Origin: Planctomycetota bacterium | GTDB taxonomy: Bacteria > Planctomycetota > UBA11346 | DNA length: 64,000 bases | NCBI GenBank assembly: GCA_007695355.1 | Contig: REDX01000217.1 | Location: 14,213-78,212 of the forward strand | Direction: 5' to 3' | Part shown: in pieces, positions 55,003 through 62,852 of the stretch | How positions within the stretch are numbered: the stretch's first letter is position 1 | Layout of the letters: each line of letters starts with the position of its first letter | Made by a program: the position numbers and the translations under genes | Notes under the pieces: generated by a model | Seen by the model: the letters and a program-made list of their open reading frames with translations, nothing else | Databases searched by the model: none | Told to the model about the DNA's origin: nothing

Positions 55003-55772
55003 GGCTGCGGTTCCTGGGCTGGCGGCAGGGGGAGGGCGAGGAACTGTGGCGGCAGGGCGCTGCGGCGGATGCGGAATGCGCGCAGAATCTGCGCCTGGGC
55101 GCTGCCGCTCAGGGGCCGCAATTGTAAGGCGCCATCGGCCATCCAGGCGAGGCCGGCCTGTTCGCCGTCGAGGCTGCGCCACCAGGCGGCGGCGTGGCCA
55201 ATGCTGAGCACCTCGACCACCTGGGTGCCGCCATCGGGGCCGCGGCCGCTGCGCAGATGGGTGGTGATATGGCGGCTCTGCCGCTCATATTGTTCTAGGC
55301 GGGCCAGGCTGGCGCGCCAGGCGGCAAGGAGATCGGCGCTGGGCTCCGCCCCATCGGCCGGCTGTAGGCTGCCCTGGGCCAGCTGCTGCAGGGCTGTCTC
55401 TAAGGCCTCTACCGCTTGCTGCCAGGCTTTCAGGCCCTCGGCCGCGGCCTCGCGGCGCTGCTCGGCAGCCTCGGCCTGGGCGCGTAGGCGCTGGGTGCGC
55501 TCGCTCAGTTGGCGCTGGCGCTGTTCGGCCAATTCCAGACTAGAGCGATAGATTTCCGCCTGGCTTTGCAGCAGGGCTTGTTCTTGGCGCCAGGCATCGC
55601 TGAGCTCCTGGGCCCGGCGGCGATCGCCTTCGATGGCCTCGGCCAAGGCCCAGAGCTGGGCCGGATTGGGGGATGGGTTCTCCCCGGCCTCGCTGCCAAA
55701 GGAGGGCAGGACCGAGGCGACGCAGAGGCAGACGCTAAGCAGGGTGGAGCACGATCGGGCAATCATCACCAT
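54999..55772 (-). CDS. DUF3450-family periplasmic coiled-coil protein (first gene of TonB2-type clusters)
   Basis: Signal peptide, a long Gln/Ala/Glu coiled coil, and a C-terminus ...VVEVLSIGHAAAWWRSLDGEQAGLAW..., as in DUF3450. The position before the large ExbB fits. Confidence 0.65.
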   Translation of the reverse strand: MVMIARSCSTLLSVCLCVASVLPSFGSEAGENPSPNPAQLWALAEAIEGDRRRAQELSDAWRQEQALLQSQAEIYRSSLELAEQRQRQLSERTQRLRAQAEAAEQRREAAAEGLKAWQQAVEALETALQQLAQGSLQPADGAEPSADLLAAWRASLARLEQYERQSRHITTHLRSGRGPDGGTQVVEVLSIGHAAAWWRSLDGEQAGLAWMADGALQLRPLSGSAQAQILRAFRIRRSALPPQFLALPLPPAQEPQP

Positions 55773-55775
55773 GGC

Positions 55776-56198
55776 TTAGCCAGCCGTGTCCTCGTCGTCG
55801 TCCACCGGCGGCAGGAGGGGTAGCTCGCGGGCCAGATCCAGGGTTTCGGCATCGCTCCACAGGTGATCAAGGTCGTAGTAGGCCCGCTGTTCTTCGGTAA
55901 AGGCGTGCACTACCACATCAAAGCAGTCCACCACCCGCCAGCCCTGGGCGCCCTCTACTGGGCGATGGGGGATCTGATGGCGCTTGCAGAAATGGTAGAC
56001 TTCCGCGGCGAGAGTGGTGGTTTGCCGCTCGCTGCGACCGCTGGCGAGGACGATATAGTCAAAGATCCGCGTCCCAGGGACGAGGGCCAGTACGGCCACG
56101 TCTTCCCCGCCCTTGTCGAGCATGCGCGCGGCGGCATAGAGGGCGAGTTGACGGCTGCTACAATTCAAGCGTCGGGGTTCGGGAGTTTCATCAGGCAT
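55776..56198 (-). CDS. rsfS: ribosome silencing factor RsfS (iojap-like)
   Basis: FDYIVLASGRSERQTTTLAAEV...GWRVVDCFDVVVHAFTEEQRAYYDLDHLW is the RsfS signature. Confidence 0.85.
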   Translation of the reverse strand: MPDETPEPRRLNCSSRQLALYAAARMLDKGGEDVAVLALVPGTRIFDYIVLASGRSERQTTTLAAEVYHFCKRHQIPHRPVEGAQGWRVVDCFDVVVHAFTEEQRAYYDLDHLWSDAETLDLARELPLLPPVDDDEDTAG

Positions 56199-56305
56199 GG
56201 CGGGGAGAATAGGGGACTCTTGGCGGATGCCAGCCCGGGCGCAAGCCAGGTCTCAACGCATGCCGCGATGGACGACCGTTGACCAGCGCTCTCCGATTAG
56301 CCTAG

Positions 56306-56346
56306 AAAACGCAGTTGGGGTGACGAAGTCGCCCCAACTGCGTTTT
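56306..56346. terminator. strong bidirectional rho-independent terminator-like hairpin
   Basis: AAAACGCAGTTGGGG(TGAC GAA GTCG)CCCCAACTGCGTTTT gives an approx. 19-bp stem (one G-T pair) with a 3-nt loop, an A-run 5' and a T-run 3'. Confidence 0.7.
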
Positions 56347-56393
56347 GAGGAACGACTTGTATCAAAATAGACATTCACCCAAAAGGTGATCTT

Positions 56394-56498
56394 TAAAAAT
56401 CGCAGTAGTGCCCCATATTCGAGGCGCCGACGACGATGTTTGACTTCAGTAAATGAGGAGGAGGCAACGAAGAAGATGGGGTGCTACTGCGATTTTTA
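56394..56498. repeat. structured intergenic repeat, copy A (23-nt inverted arms, 59-nt conserved spacer)
   Basis: TAAAAATCGCAGTAGTGCCCCAT (56394-56416) against ATGGGGTGCTACTGCGATTTTTA (56476-56498), 21/23 complementary. It ends 4 nt from the hpt stop. It is homologous to copy B at 57598-57705. Confidence 0.75.
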
Positions 56499-56501
56499 GG
56501 A

Positions 56502-57011
56502 TTAGGGCATATCGAGGGCGCAGATATCCGGCAGTTGGCGCAGGCGGCCCTCCAGATCGAGGCCGTAGCCGACGAGGAAGTGGTTGGGGACGGTAAAGCC
56601 CACCAAATCGGCTTGGAAGGGAACCTGCCGCCCGGCGGGTTTATCCAAGAGGACGCAGGTGCGCACATCCCTGGCTCCGGCGGCCAGTACGGCGCTGCGG
56701 ATGGCGCTGAGGGTATGGCCGCTATCGAGGATGTCATCGATCAGCAGCACCTCTTCGCCATCGCAGGCGGGCAGATTGGAGAGGGTAACTTGGCCGCTGG
56801 ACACCCGGCCCCCATAATAGCTGGAAGCGCCCATGAAATGGATCTGCAAATCGGGGATGGCCATGCTGCGCAGCAAGTCGCAGGCGAAAAAGGCCGCCCC
56901 GTCCATGACCACCAGGGCCAGGGGATGGCGGCCGGCATAGTGGCGGGTGAGGGCGCGGCCCATGCCCTTCACCCGCGTCGCAATGCGTCCGGCGCGAATG
57001 ATTGGGCGCAT
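56502..57011 (-). CDS. hpt: hypoxanthine phosphoribosyltransferase
   Basis: PRPP-binding motif VLLIDDILDSGHTLS and the overall Hpt pattern. Start at ATG 57011 (MRPIIRAG...). The GTG at 57032 would overlap the coaC stop. Confidence 0.9.
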   Translation of the reverse strand: MRPIIRAGRIATRVKGMGRALTRHYAGRHPLALVVMDGAAFFACDLLRSMAIPDLQIHFMGASSYYGGRVSSGQVTLSNLPACDGEEVLLIDDILDSGHTLSAIRSAVLAAGARDVRTCVLLDKPAGRQVPFQADLVGFTVPNHFLVGYGLDLEGRLRQLPDICALDMP

Positions 57012-57031
57012 GCTGGGGGCTGGGCCGGGCA

Positions 57032-57556
57032 CTAGCCAGCTCCCATGGCGCTGAGGATGGCTTGGGGATCGGCCATGGCGCCGGTGCCGCTTTCACCACA
57101 GGCGAGATTACCTTCCACCGGAGGAATAATTCGGCAGCCGTATGCACTGAGGCTTCTGAGGTGGCTTTGCACGATGGGCTTTTCCCACATGACCGTATTC
57201 ATCGCCGGCGCCAGCCAGCAGGGCTTGTGCGGCTCTAGGGCAAGGAAGGCGGTGGTCAGCAGATCATCGGCTAGGCCCAGGGCGCACTTGGCGAGGACAT
57301 TGGCGGTGGCCGGGGCGATCAGCAGCCCATCGCACCAGCGCACGGTTTCGATATGGGGAATGCTGCCGTTCTCTGGCCAGAGGGAATGGTGCACCGCCTG
57401 TCCGCTGAGGGTGTGCAGGGTTGCTTCGGCAACCAGGTGCCGGGCATTTTCGGTGAGGATGCAGCGAATCTCATGGCCCTGGGCGGTGGCCAAGCGAATC
57501 AATTCGGGTGCCTTGTAGGCGGCAATGCCGCCGCTGATGCCGAGTAATAGGCGCAT
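57032..57556 (-). CDS. coaC: phosphopantothenoylcysteine decarboxylase, standalone CoaC flavoprotein (HFCD family)
   Basis: LLGISGGIAAYKAPEL, APATANVLAK, APAMNTVMW and GNLACGESGTGAM match the N-terminal CoaC half of Dfp. There is no CoaB half in the ORF (174 aa). Confidence 0.8.
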   Translation of the reverse strand: MRLLLGISGGIAAYKAPELIRLATAQGHEIRCILTENARHLVAEATLHTLSGQAVHHSLWPENGSIPHIETVRWCDGLLIAPATANVLAKCALGLADDLLTTAFLALEPHKPCWLAPAMNTVMWEKPIVQSHLRSLSAYGCRIIPPVEGNLACGESGTGAMADPQAILSAMGAG

Positions 57557-57597
57557 GGGATATCCTCCAGTACCTCATGCTTGGCCGGGGCGGCCTC

Positions 57598-57705
57598 ACC
57601 GCAAGCCGCGACCCATCCACCTTTGCCAGGCGCCACGGACGACGTTTGGTTCCGCCAAACGAGGACGAGGCAACGCCGCAGAGGGGGTGCTCTTGCGGTT
57701 TTTTA
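57598..57705. repeat. structured intergenic repeat, copy B
   Basis: From AGGCGCC (57628) to the T-run (57705) it aligns without gaps to copy A (56422-56498), with 58 of 77 positions identical by my hand count. The right arm GGGGTGCTCTTGCGGTTTTTTA pairs with a degenerate left arm ACCGCAAG..ACCCAT. It overlaps the stop codon of the 57703-59790 gene. Confidence 0.65.
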
Positions 57706-59790
57706 GCGGGGGTTTGAGGCGACTAGGGGTAGAGCCCGCGGTTCAAGCACCAGAATCACCGATTGCGTCACCACCACCAATGATTGACCGCCGGCGCGCA
57801 GTCGCCGTGGCGAGAAGCCGGCCTTGTCCTCATCCCATCGCTGGCGCCCGCCGCGGCCGGGAGAAAACTGATTGCGGCCATCGATGCGCCACATGCCCGA
57901 AGGCAGTTCTCGGCCCTGGCCGGGATGGGGGCCGAGATTGGTAACCAGGCGTGGACCGCGATCGAGCCGGGCCACGATGTCACGGTTGCGGCCACGGGCG
58001 AGGTAGAGGGTTTGCTCACCCTCATCGGTGCAGATGACATCGGCGGCGACCCGGCCCAACTCTTGGAAGCCGCGGCGATCGATCAGCCACACCGCTTCGC
58101 TTTCGTCGAGGATGAAGAAGCCGTGACCGGCGTGGAAGCCGTCTTGGGCCACCATCTGTTGGGTTGGCGTTAGACCCTCTGGGCCCACGTCCTTGGGCAA
58201 AAGCCGGCCACTGAGGCGGAAAAAACGACCGTGATTGTTTGCTTCTCCGCGCCACCAAGGGGGATTGGCAAACTCGACTAGGGGATCCTTCACTACCGAA
58301 CGGCGAATGGTGCCGCTTTCTAGGGAGAGTTCGTGCCAAACTTCGTCGTTTTCGGCGATGAGCAGGTCTTGGTTGGGATGGGAGCGGATGCGCCACCAGC
58401 CAGGAGTCAGCTGCAGCGGCACTTCCCGCCTTTGCAGGGGGTCGCTATGGAGATGGACGAAGGTGAAGCGGGGGCCTTCCTCAGCGTTGCTGCGATAGAC
58501 AAGGCCGCGGCGGGAGTGCACCCAGGCATCATCTGCGGCGCCGTGCCAAAGTTCTTGGCCGAGATTATTATAGACCGTGCGCAGGCTTTCGGGGTGGGAA
58601 ACCATGGTATAGTGATGGGAATCCCAGACGCTGCTCACTGGAAGGGCGCTTTCCAGCCATACCCGACTTACCGGTTCATTGCCGCTGAGATCGAGAAGGG
58701 AAATGGTTCGCTCATCCCAGTGGTAGAGGGACTGGGGAAGGAAGCCGCAGCGGCTATAGGTATTTTCCAGGGCCATGACCGGTTGCGCAGCCGGGTTGGC
58801 GGCCAAATCCTGCCAGCGATAGAAGATGAGGGTGCGAGTTTGATCGTTGACTTCGCCGGTGTCGACAATGGCCCAATTGCTGACGCTATGGAGGGCGGCG
58901 CGGCGACCGATGCTCAGTGGGGTGGAAAAAGGAGAGACCGTGCCATTAGGGGAAACCGCTGAGAGCGTTTGTCCCTCAAGGATGAGGGCGATGCCGGGGC
59001 CCACTGCCTGATCGTCCACGTTCCGCTCGCCTCTGACGGTAATCAGCAGGGTTTGGTTGCCCCGATCCGCCAGCAGCCAGGCTGCCTGGGGGCCAATGCC
59101 ATGGGGCCGGCGGAGATTGGAGATAAGCCGTTGGGTATCACCCTGGGCCACCAGTACCCGCTCGTTATTGCCTGGTCTGCGGAAGACGGCGGCGGCAATG
59201 GCGCTGCCATCGTGGGCTAAGGCTAGACCGTCCTGGAGTAAGTCATTTTGGCCATCGGGAATATTGGGCAGCGCTATCTCTCGACGCCAGCGAAGTTCAC
59301 CGTTCTCTGCGTTGAGGACGGCAAAAAGGGCGCGGCGATTATTCCACGGCCCAGTGGTATCAGCGACGGCTAAAAGATTCCCATCGTTGATCCAGTTCGC
59401 ACGACCGGCATGGAAAGGTAAGCTTACGCCTAATTGTAGGGGCCTGCCAAGTTCGTCGATGCGCTGAAAGCGTCTGCCGCTAATCACCCCAATCTCACTG
59501 CCACGATCCCAGTGATGATGGATGACCTCGGCAAAGCCGAAACGGGCATCGCCGATGACTTCGCTGCGGCCCAGATAGTTTCCCAGCCGCAGGCGAGCTT
59601 CTGGATAGGCGGCTGCCACTGCTTCCAATTGGATACAGGTCCAGAGATCTCCAGCGCTGCGCGCCTGCTGATGCAATTGTCGTATTTCACCGGCCAGGCG
59701 ATCCCAATTGGGTTCCGTTTGTTCTGCTGCCGGCAAGCTCACCATGCCGATGGTCCATGCCGTGATGAGGGCCAGGGGTATCCACTTCAT
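57703..59790 (-). CDS. large secreted hypothetical protein (possibly beta-propeller-like)
   Basis: Signal peptide MKWIPLALITAWTIGMVSLPAAE. 695 aa, Trp/Gly/Arg-rich with recurrent short beta-strand-like segments. No motif I can name. Confidence 0.5.
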   Translation of the reverse strand: MKWIPLALITAWTIGMVSLPAAEQTEPNWDRLAGEIRQLHQQARSAGDLWTCIQLEAVAAAYPEARLRLGNYLGRSEVIGDARFGFAEVIHHHWDRGSEIGVISGRRFQRIDELGRPLQLGVSLPFHAGRANWINDGNLLAVADTTGPWNNRRALFAVLNAENGELRWRREIALPNIPDGQNDLLQDGLALAHDGSAIAAAVFRRPGNNERVLVAQGDTQRLISNLRRPHGIGPQAAWLLADRGNQTLLITVRGERNVDDQAVGPGIALILEGQTLSAVSPNGTVSPFSTPLSIGRRAALHSVSNWAIVDTGEVNDQTRTLIFYRWQDLAANPAAQPVMALENTYSRCGFLPQSLYHWDERTISLLDLSGNEPVSRVWLESALPVSSVWDSHHYTMVSHPESLRTVYNNLGQELWHGAADDAWVHSRRGLVYRSNAEEGPRFTFVHLHSDPLQRREVPLQLTPGWWRIRSHPNQDLLIAENDEVWHELSLESGTIRRSVVKDPLVEFANPPWWRGEANNHGRFFRLSGRLLPKDVGPEGLTPTQQMVAQDGFHAGHGFFILDESEAVWLIDRRGFQELGRVAADVICTDEGEQTLYLARGRNRDIVARLDRGPRLVTNLGPHPGQGRELPSGMWRIDGRNQFSPGRGGRQRWDEDKAGFSPRRLRAGGQSLVVVTQSVILVLEPRALPLVASNPR

Positions 59791-59892
59791 ACCAAATTCT
59801 CCGATGACAGAACATAAGACATTAAAGCGCTCAGGCTTGTGGGAAATCGCCGCAGGTCGCGATGGTTTGAGGGCTTGGCTATGAGCTCGCGT

Positions 59893-60654
59893 CTAAAAGG
59901 GCTCAAGCGTCTCCCAGGCTACGGCGAGGGCATTATAGGCGCCGTGGAGGACGGTGGCGGCGATGAGCCAGGGCAGGGCGTCTTCCATGCGGCCCCGGCT
60001 GTGGCGCTGCCAGGCGCGGTGGCGCATCACCACCAGGCCGATGCCGGCAATCAGGCTGCAGGTGATATGCAGGGCAGTGCAGACCCACCAGCGCCAGGCG
60101 ATAATGGCGGGGCTGGGATCGGGAATATAAATGTGGAGATAGATGAGATTCTCAATGCTGGCAAAGCCGAGGGCGGAAATCCCCACCGCCAAGAGCAGGA
60201 GCGGCCAGATTGGGAGCCACCAAGGTTTGCGCTCGGCGAGGAGGAGAAAAGGGAAGACTTTGGCCACTTCTTCGATCAGGGGACCGATGACGACGATATT
60301 AAGCAGTCCACTCAGGGAGTGGGAACCCAGCGCGAGGAGGGCGGCAAGAATGGCCATGGGCCCGGCAATCAGGGCCAAGGGCAGCATCGCCAGCAGGCGC
60401 AGGCCGTGGCCGGGGCCGCTAGCGTAGGCCAGGGCCCAGTCGCCCTGGCCATCGCCGCCCATACTGGGTTCGGCAAAGACGCTGATATCCTGATCCTGCA
60501 ACCCCTGCTTGGCCTGGGTGGCGTGGGTCGGTTCATCGCTGAGGCGAGGGGAGGGGGCCGCCCCAGGGGCTTGCCCCCCTTGGGGCGGTGCTTGCAGATG
60601 GGGTTCGCCGGCGAGGGAGTGATCGCGGCCCTTCCAGCCCTTGGCCCTAGCCAT
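59893..60654 (-). CDS. PrsW-family intramembrane glutamic/metallo-protease
   Basis: The PrsW signature set is present: IEEVAKVFPF (EExxK), FASIENLIY, HITCSL and HGAYNAL, within a polytopic membrane core. There is a low-complexity N-terminal extension. Confidence 0.6.
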   Translation of the reverse strand: MARAKGWKGRDHSLAGEPHLQAPPQGGQAPGAAPSPRLSDEPTHATQAKQGLQDQDISVFAEPSMGGDGQGDWALAYASGPGHGLRLLAMLPLALIAGPMAILAALLALGSHSLSGLLNIVVIGPLIEEVAKVFPFLLLAERKPWWLPIWPLLLLAVGISALGFASIENLIYLHIYIPDPSPAIIAWRWWVCTALHITCSLIAGIGLVVMRHRAWQRHSRGRMEDALPWLIAATVLHGAYNALAVAWETLEPF

Positions 60655-61117
60655 GCCTGGGGACGCGCCGTAAGGCGGTTCCGGTGGCCAGCACCTCGAT
60701 CATGACATTGGACTTGCCGCCAATGGTGCTGGTGTCGAGGCGCAGATTGACCACCAGATCATAGCCGGCATCCCGGGCCTCTTGCTTGAGCCGCAGCAGG
60801 GCTTCGCGGCGGCAGCGCTCCACCAATTGGGTGTAGGTGCGCACTTCGCCGCCAACGATGCCGCGTAGGCCACCGAGGAGGCGGCGCTAATGATCGCAGC
60901 CCAGCACCGCCTGACCGAGCACCAGCCTGGGCGCGCAGCTGTGGTCGGTGGGCATGGGCGCCCGCCGCTGATTGGTTACCAGCAGATCGGCCAAGGCCGC
61001 CTCGCGGCGGATCAGGGAGCGGCGGTGGGTAGCCGCCACCAGGGAACCGACAAACACCCCCAGGCCGAGCAGGCCAAAGAGGATGCCGAGTTCGATGGCG
61101 ATGCCCCAGTCGCCCAC
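60647..61117 (-). pseudogene. membrane-anchored YbjQ (UPF0145) domain gene interrupted by one in-frame TAG
   Basis: Track ORFs 60887-61117 (TM helix, then ...RLVLGQAVLGCDH*) and 60647-60844 are in the same frame. Translation through the TAG (60887-60889) gives ...GCDH*RRLLGGLRGIVGGEVRTYTQLVERCRREALLRL...EVLATGTA. This aligns without gaps to the intact paralogue at 61121-61453. Confidence 0.6.
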
Positions 61118-61120
61118 GGC

Positions 61121-61453
61121 CTAGGCTCCACTGGCGGTGGCTTGGAGGCGCACCGCGGTGCCATAGGCGAGCAATTCGGAGGCCCCGGCAGAGACCGCGG
61201 CGGTGGTAAAGCGCACATTCACCACCGCTTCGGCGCCGAGCTCTTGGGCCTGATCAAGCATCCGCTGCAGGGCTTGACGCCGCGCCTCGGTAAGTAGTTC
61301 GGTATAGCCCTTCAGCTCGCCGCCAACCAGGTTTTTAAAGCTCGCGGCAATATCGCGGCCGACATTTTTGGCGCGCACGGTGCTGCCTTGAACCAAGCCT
61401 AAGACCTCCGTGATCTGGCGTCCGGGCACTTCATCGGTATTGACCACAAGCAT
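61121..61453 (-). CDS. YbjQ-family (UPF0145) protein
   Basis: ITEVLGLVQGSTVRAKNVGRDIAASFKNLVGGELKGYTELLTEARRQALQRM...GAEAVVNVRF...AYGTAV is the canonical YbjQ pattern. 110 aa. Confidence 0.8.
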   Translation of the reverse strand: MLVVNTDEVPGRQITEVLGLVQGSTVRAKNVGRDIAASFKNLVGGELKGYTELLTEARRQALQRMLDQAQELGAEAVVNVRFTTAAVSAGASELLAYGTAVRLQATASGA

Positions 61454-61638
61454 AGGACTTCCCTTTCATGGGTGGCGACAGGGCGATACTAGAGGAGTCG
61501 TGGAGCTATACAAGGGAGCACTCAGCGAACCCCATCGCTGGATGCAGACAGCATGCCGTTTCATCAGCTAGCGGCGAACGCGGTGGCCCTCAGCGAAGAG
61601 CGCGCCGTCAAGGCGGCTGGGCAAAAGCCGAGCGACTG

Positions 61639-62499
61639 TTAACTCCGCGGCGGCGCCGGCGCTGGGCGGCCGAGGGCGCGGTGGAGGCTGAGGACCTCAT
61701 TGAGAAAGGCGGGCAGCTCTTGGCTGGGCACCACATTGGGGCCATCGGAGAGGGCGGCGCTGGGATTATCGTGGGTTTCCAGGAAGAGGCCCTCGACGCC
61801 CACTGCCAGGGCGGCACGCATGAGCGCCGGCGCCAAATGGCCGCTGCCGGAAGAGCACTCCCCGGCGCCCCCAGGCATCTGCACCGAATGGGTGCCGTCA
61901 TAGATCACCGGCACCCCCATGCTGCGCATAATCGGCAGGGCGCGGAAATCGGAGACCAGATTATTGTAGCCAAAGGTGGTGCCGCGTTCGATCAGCACCA
62001 AATCCTGGCCGCCGGCGGAGCGAAATTTGTCAATCAGGCTGCGGCAGTCCCAGGGGGCGAGGAACTGCCCCTTTTTAATCGAGGTGGGGGTGCCGCTCTT
62101 CGCGCAGGCCTCGATGAGATCGCTTTGTCGGCAGAGAAAGGCAGGCACTTGGATGAGATCGACGCTGGCTGCTACCGCTGCCACCTGCGACACCTCGTGG
62201 ACATCGGTGGTAACCGGCAGGCCAAATTCTTCGCGGATTCCGCGCAGCAAGCGTAGGCCCTCTTCCAAACCGGGCCCGCGGAAGGAGCGATGGGAGGTGC
62301 GGTTGGCCTTGTCGAAGCTGGCCTTAAAAATCAGCGGCAGGCCCTGGGCGGCGCAGGCGCGGCTTACCAATTCAGCCATCTGGCGCAGGTGCTCGGGACT
62401 TTCGATGACGCAGGGGCCGCTAATGATCACCGGCATTTCACCGCCGATGGTTACGGGTTGGGGAAGCTGGGGGCCAATCACGACAGGGGAAATTTCCAT
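61639..62499 (-). CDS. kdsA: 3-deoxy-8-phosphooctulonate (KDO-8-P) synthase
   Basis: GPCVIES, FKASFDKANR, DVHE, QVPAFLCRQSDL, IKKGQF and TFGYNNLV motifs are present. Confidence 0.9.
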   Translation of the reverse strand: MEISPVVIGPQLPQPVTIGGEMPVIISGPCVIESPEHLRQMAELVSRACAAQGLPLIFKASFDKANRTSHRSFRGPGLEEGLRLLRGIREEFGLPVTTDVHEVSQVAAVAASVDLIQVPAFLCRQSDLIEACAKSGTPTSIKKGQFLAPWDCRSLIDKFRSAGGQDLVLIERGTTFGYNNLVSDFRALPIMRSMGVPVIYDGTHSVQMPGGAGECSSGSGHLAPALMRAALAVGVEGLFLETHDNPSAALSDGPNVVPSQELPAFLNEVLSLHRALGRPAPAPPRS

Positions 62500-62633
62500 G
62501 GTGGCAGCCTAGGTGGCAATGCCGCCGAGACAATCGGCTGGACGCTGAGCTTGGCTTGAGGTTTGGGTTGGACTTGGGGGTTATACGGCCTGTCGGTGGT
62601 CGGGCGTTTCGCCGCTCGCCCTTGGCCAGTGAC

Positions 62634-62816
62634 TTGAGCCGCCCTGCGTGTCCTAGCAGGGCCGCGCAAAGCTCGCTCCGGGAGCGCCGAGCTCCAGCTC
62701 GGCAGTGTCATTTCGAATCAAATTCGCAGTAAAAATTGTCGATATGATCGCATAAAATCCAAATAGTAAATGGATTTTGCGAGCTTTGAGTGGCCCTGCG
62801 TGTCCTAGTGGGTCGC
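62634..62816. repeat. approx. 30-nt direct repeat (two copies, 152 nt apart) flanking an AT-rich palindrome cluster
   Basis: TTGAGCCGCCCTGCGTGTCCTAGCAGGGCCGC (62634-) and TTGAGTGGCCCTGCGTGTCCTAGTGGGTCGC (62786-) share an exact GCCCTGCGTGTCCTAG core. Between them are GCCGAGCTCCAGCTCGGC, CGAAT-CAA-ATTCG and AAAATCCA-AATAGTAA-TGGATTTT. Confidence 0.7.
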
Positions 62817-62852
62817 ACCTTGCTCCTGCTTGGGCTGGGGCAGCATGGGGCC

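Noticed and set aside
50996-55772. MotA/ExbB-like proteins, together with an SNF2 helicase in the same window, as a possible Zorya-like defence system.
   Set aside because: The MotA-family genes sit in a canonical DUF3450, ExbB, ExbB, ExbD, TonB, TPR cluster. There is no MotB/OmpA-like ZorB and no ZorC/D neighbours. The SNF2 gene is 38 kb away in an unrelated context.
56393-56499. Two 7-codon mini-ORFs on opposite strands of repeat copy A. The plus strand has ATG GGG TGC TAC TGC GAT TTT TAG (MGCYCDF) behind a GAGGAGGAGG block. The minus strand encodes MGHYCDF. They could be mistaken for Cys-rich peptide or RiPP precursors next to an HFCD flavoprotein.
   Set aside because: They follow automatically from the inverted-repeat symmetry. 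Copy B has GGG in place of the ATG, so the ORF is not conserved. The peptides do not end in Cys, as an HFCD substrate would. No modification or transport genes are nearby.
57032-57556. CoaC-like flavoprotein as a LanD/EpiD-type peptide decarboxylase marking a RiPP cluster.
   Set aside because: Its motifs (PAMN..MW, G.LACGE.G.GAM) match the CoaC half of Dfp. No lanthipeptide synthetase, precursor or transporter is adjacent. The idea is kept only as a low-priority alternative in the findings.
60887-60889. In-frame TAG as a pyrrolysine codon.
   Set aside because: No pyl genes or methylamine methyltransferases are in view. The Sec machinery present decodes TGA, not TAG. A nonsense mutation or a sequence error is more parsimonious.
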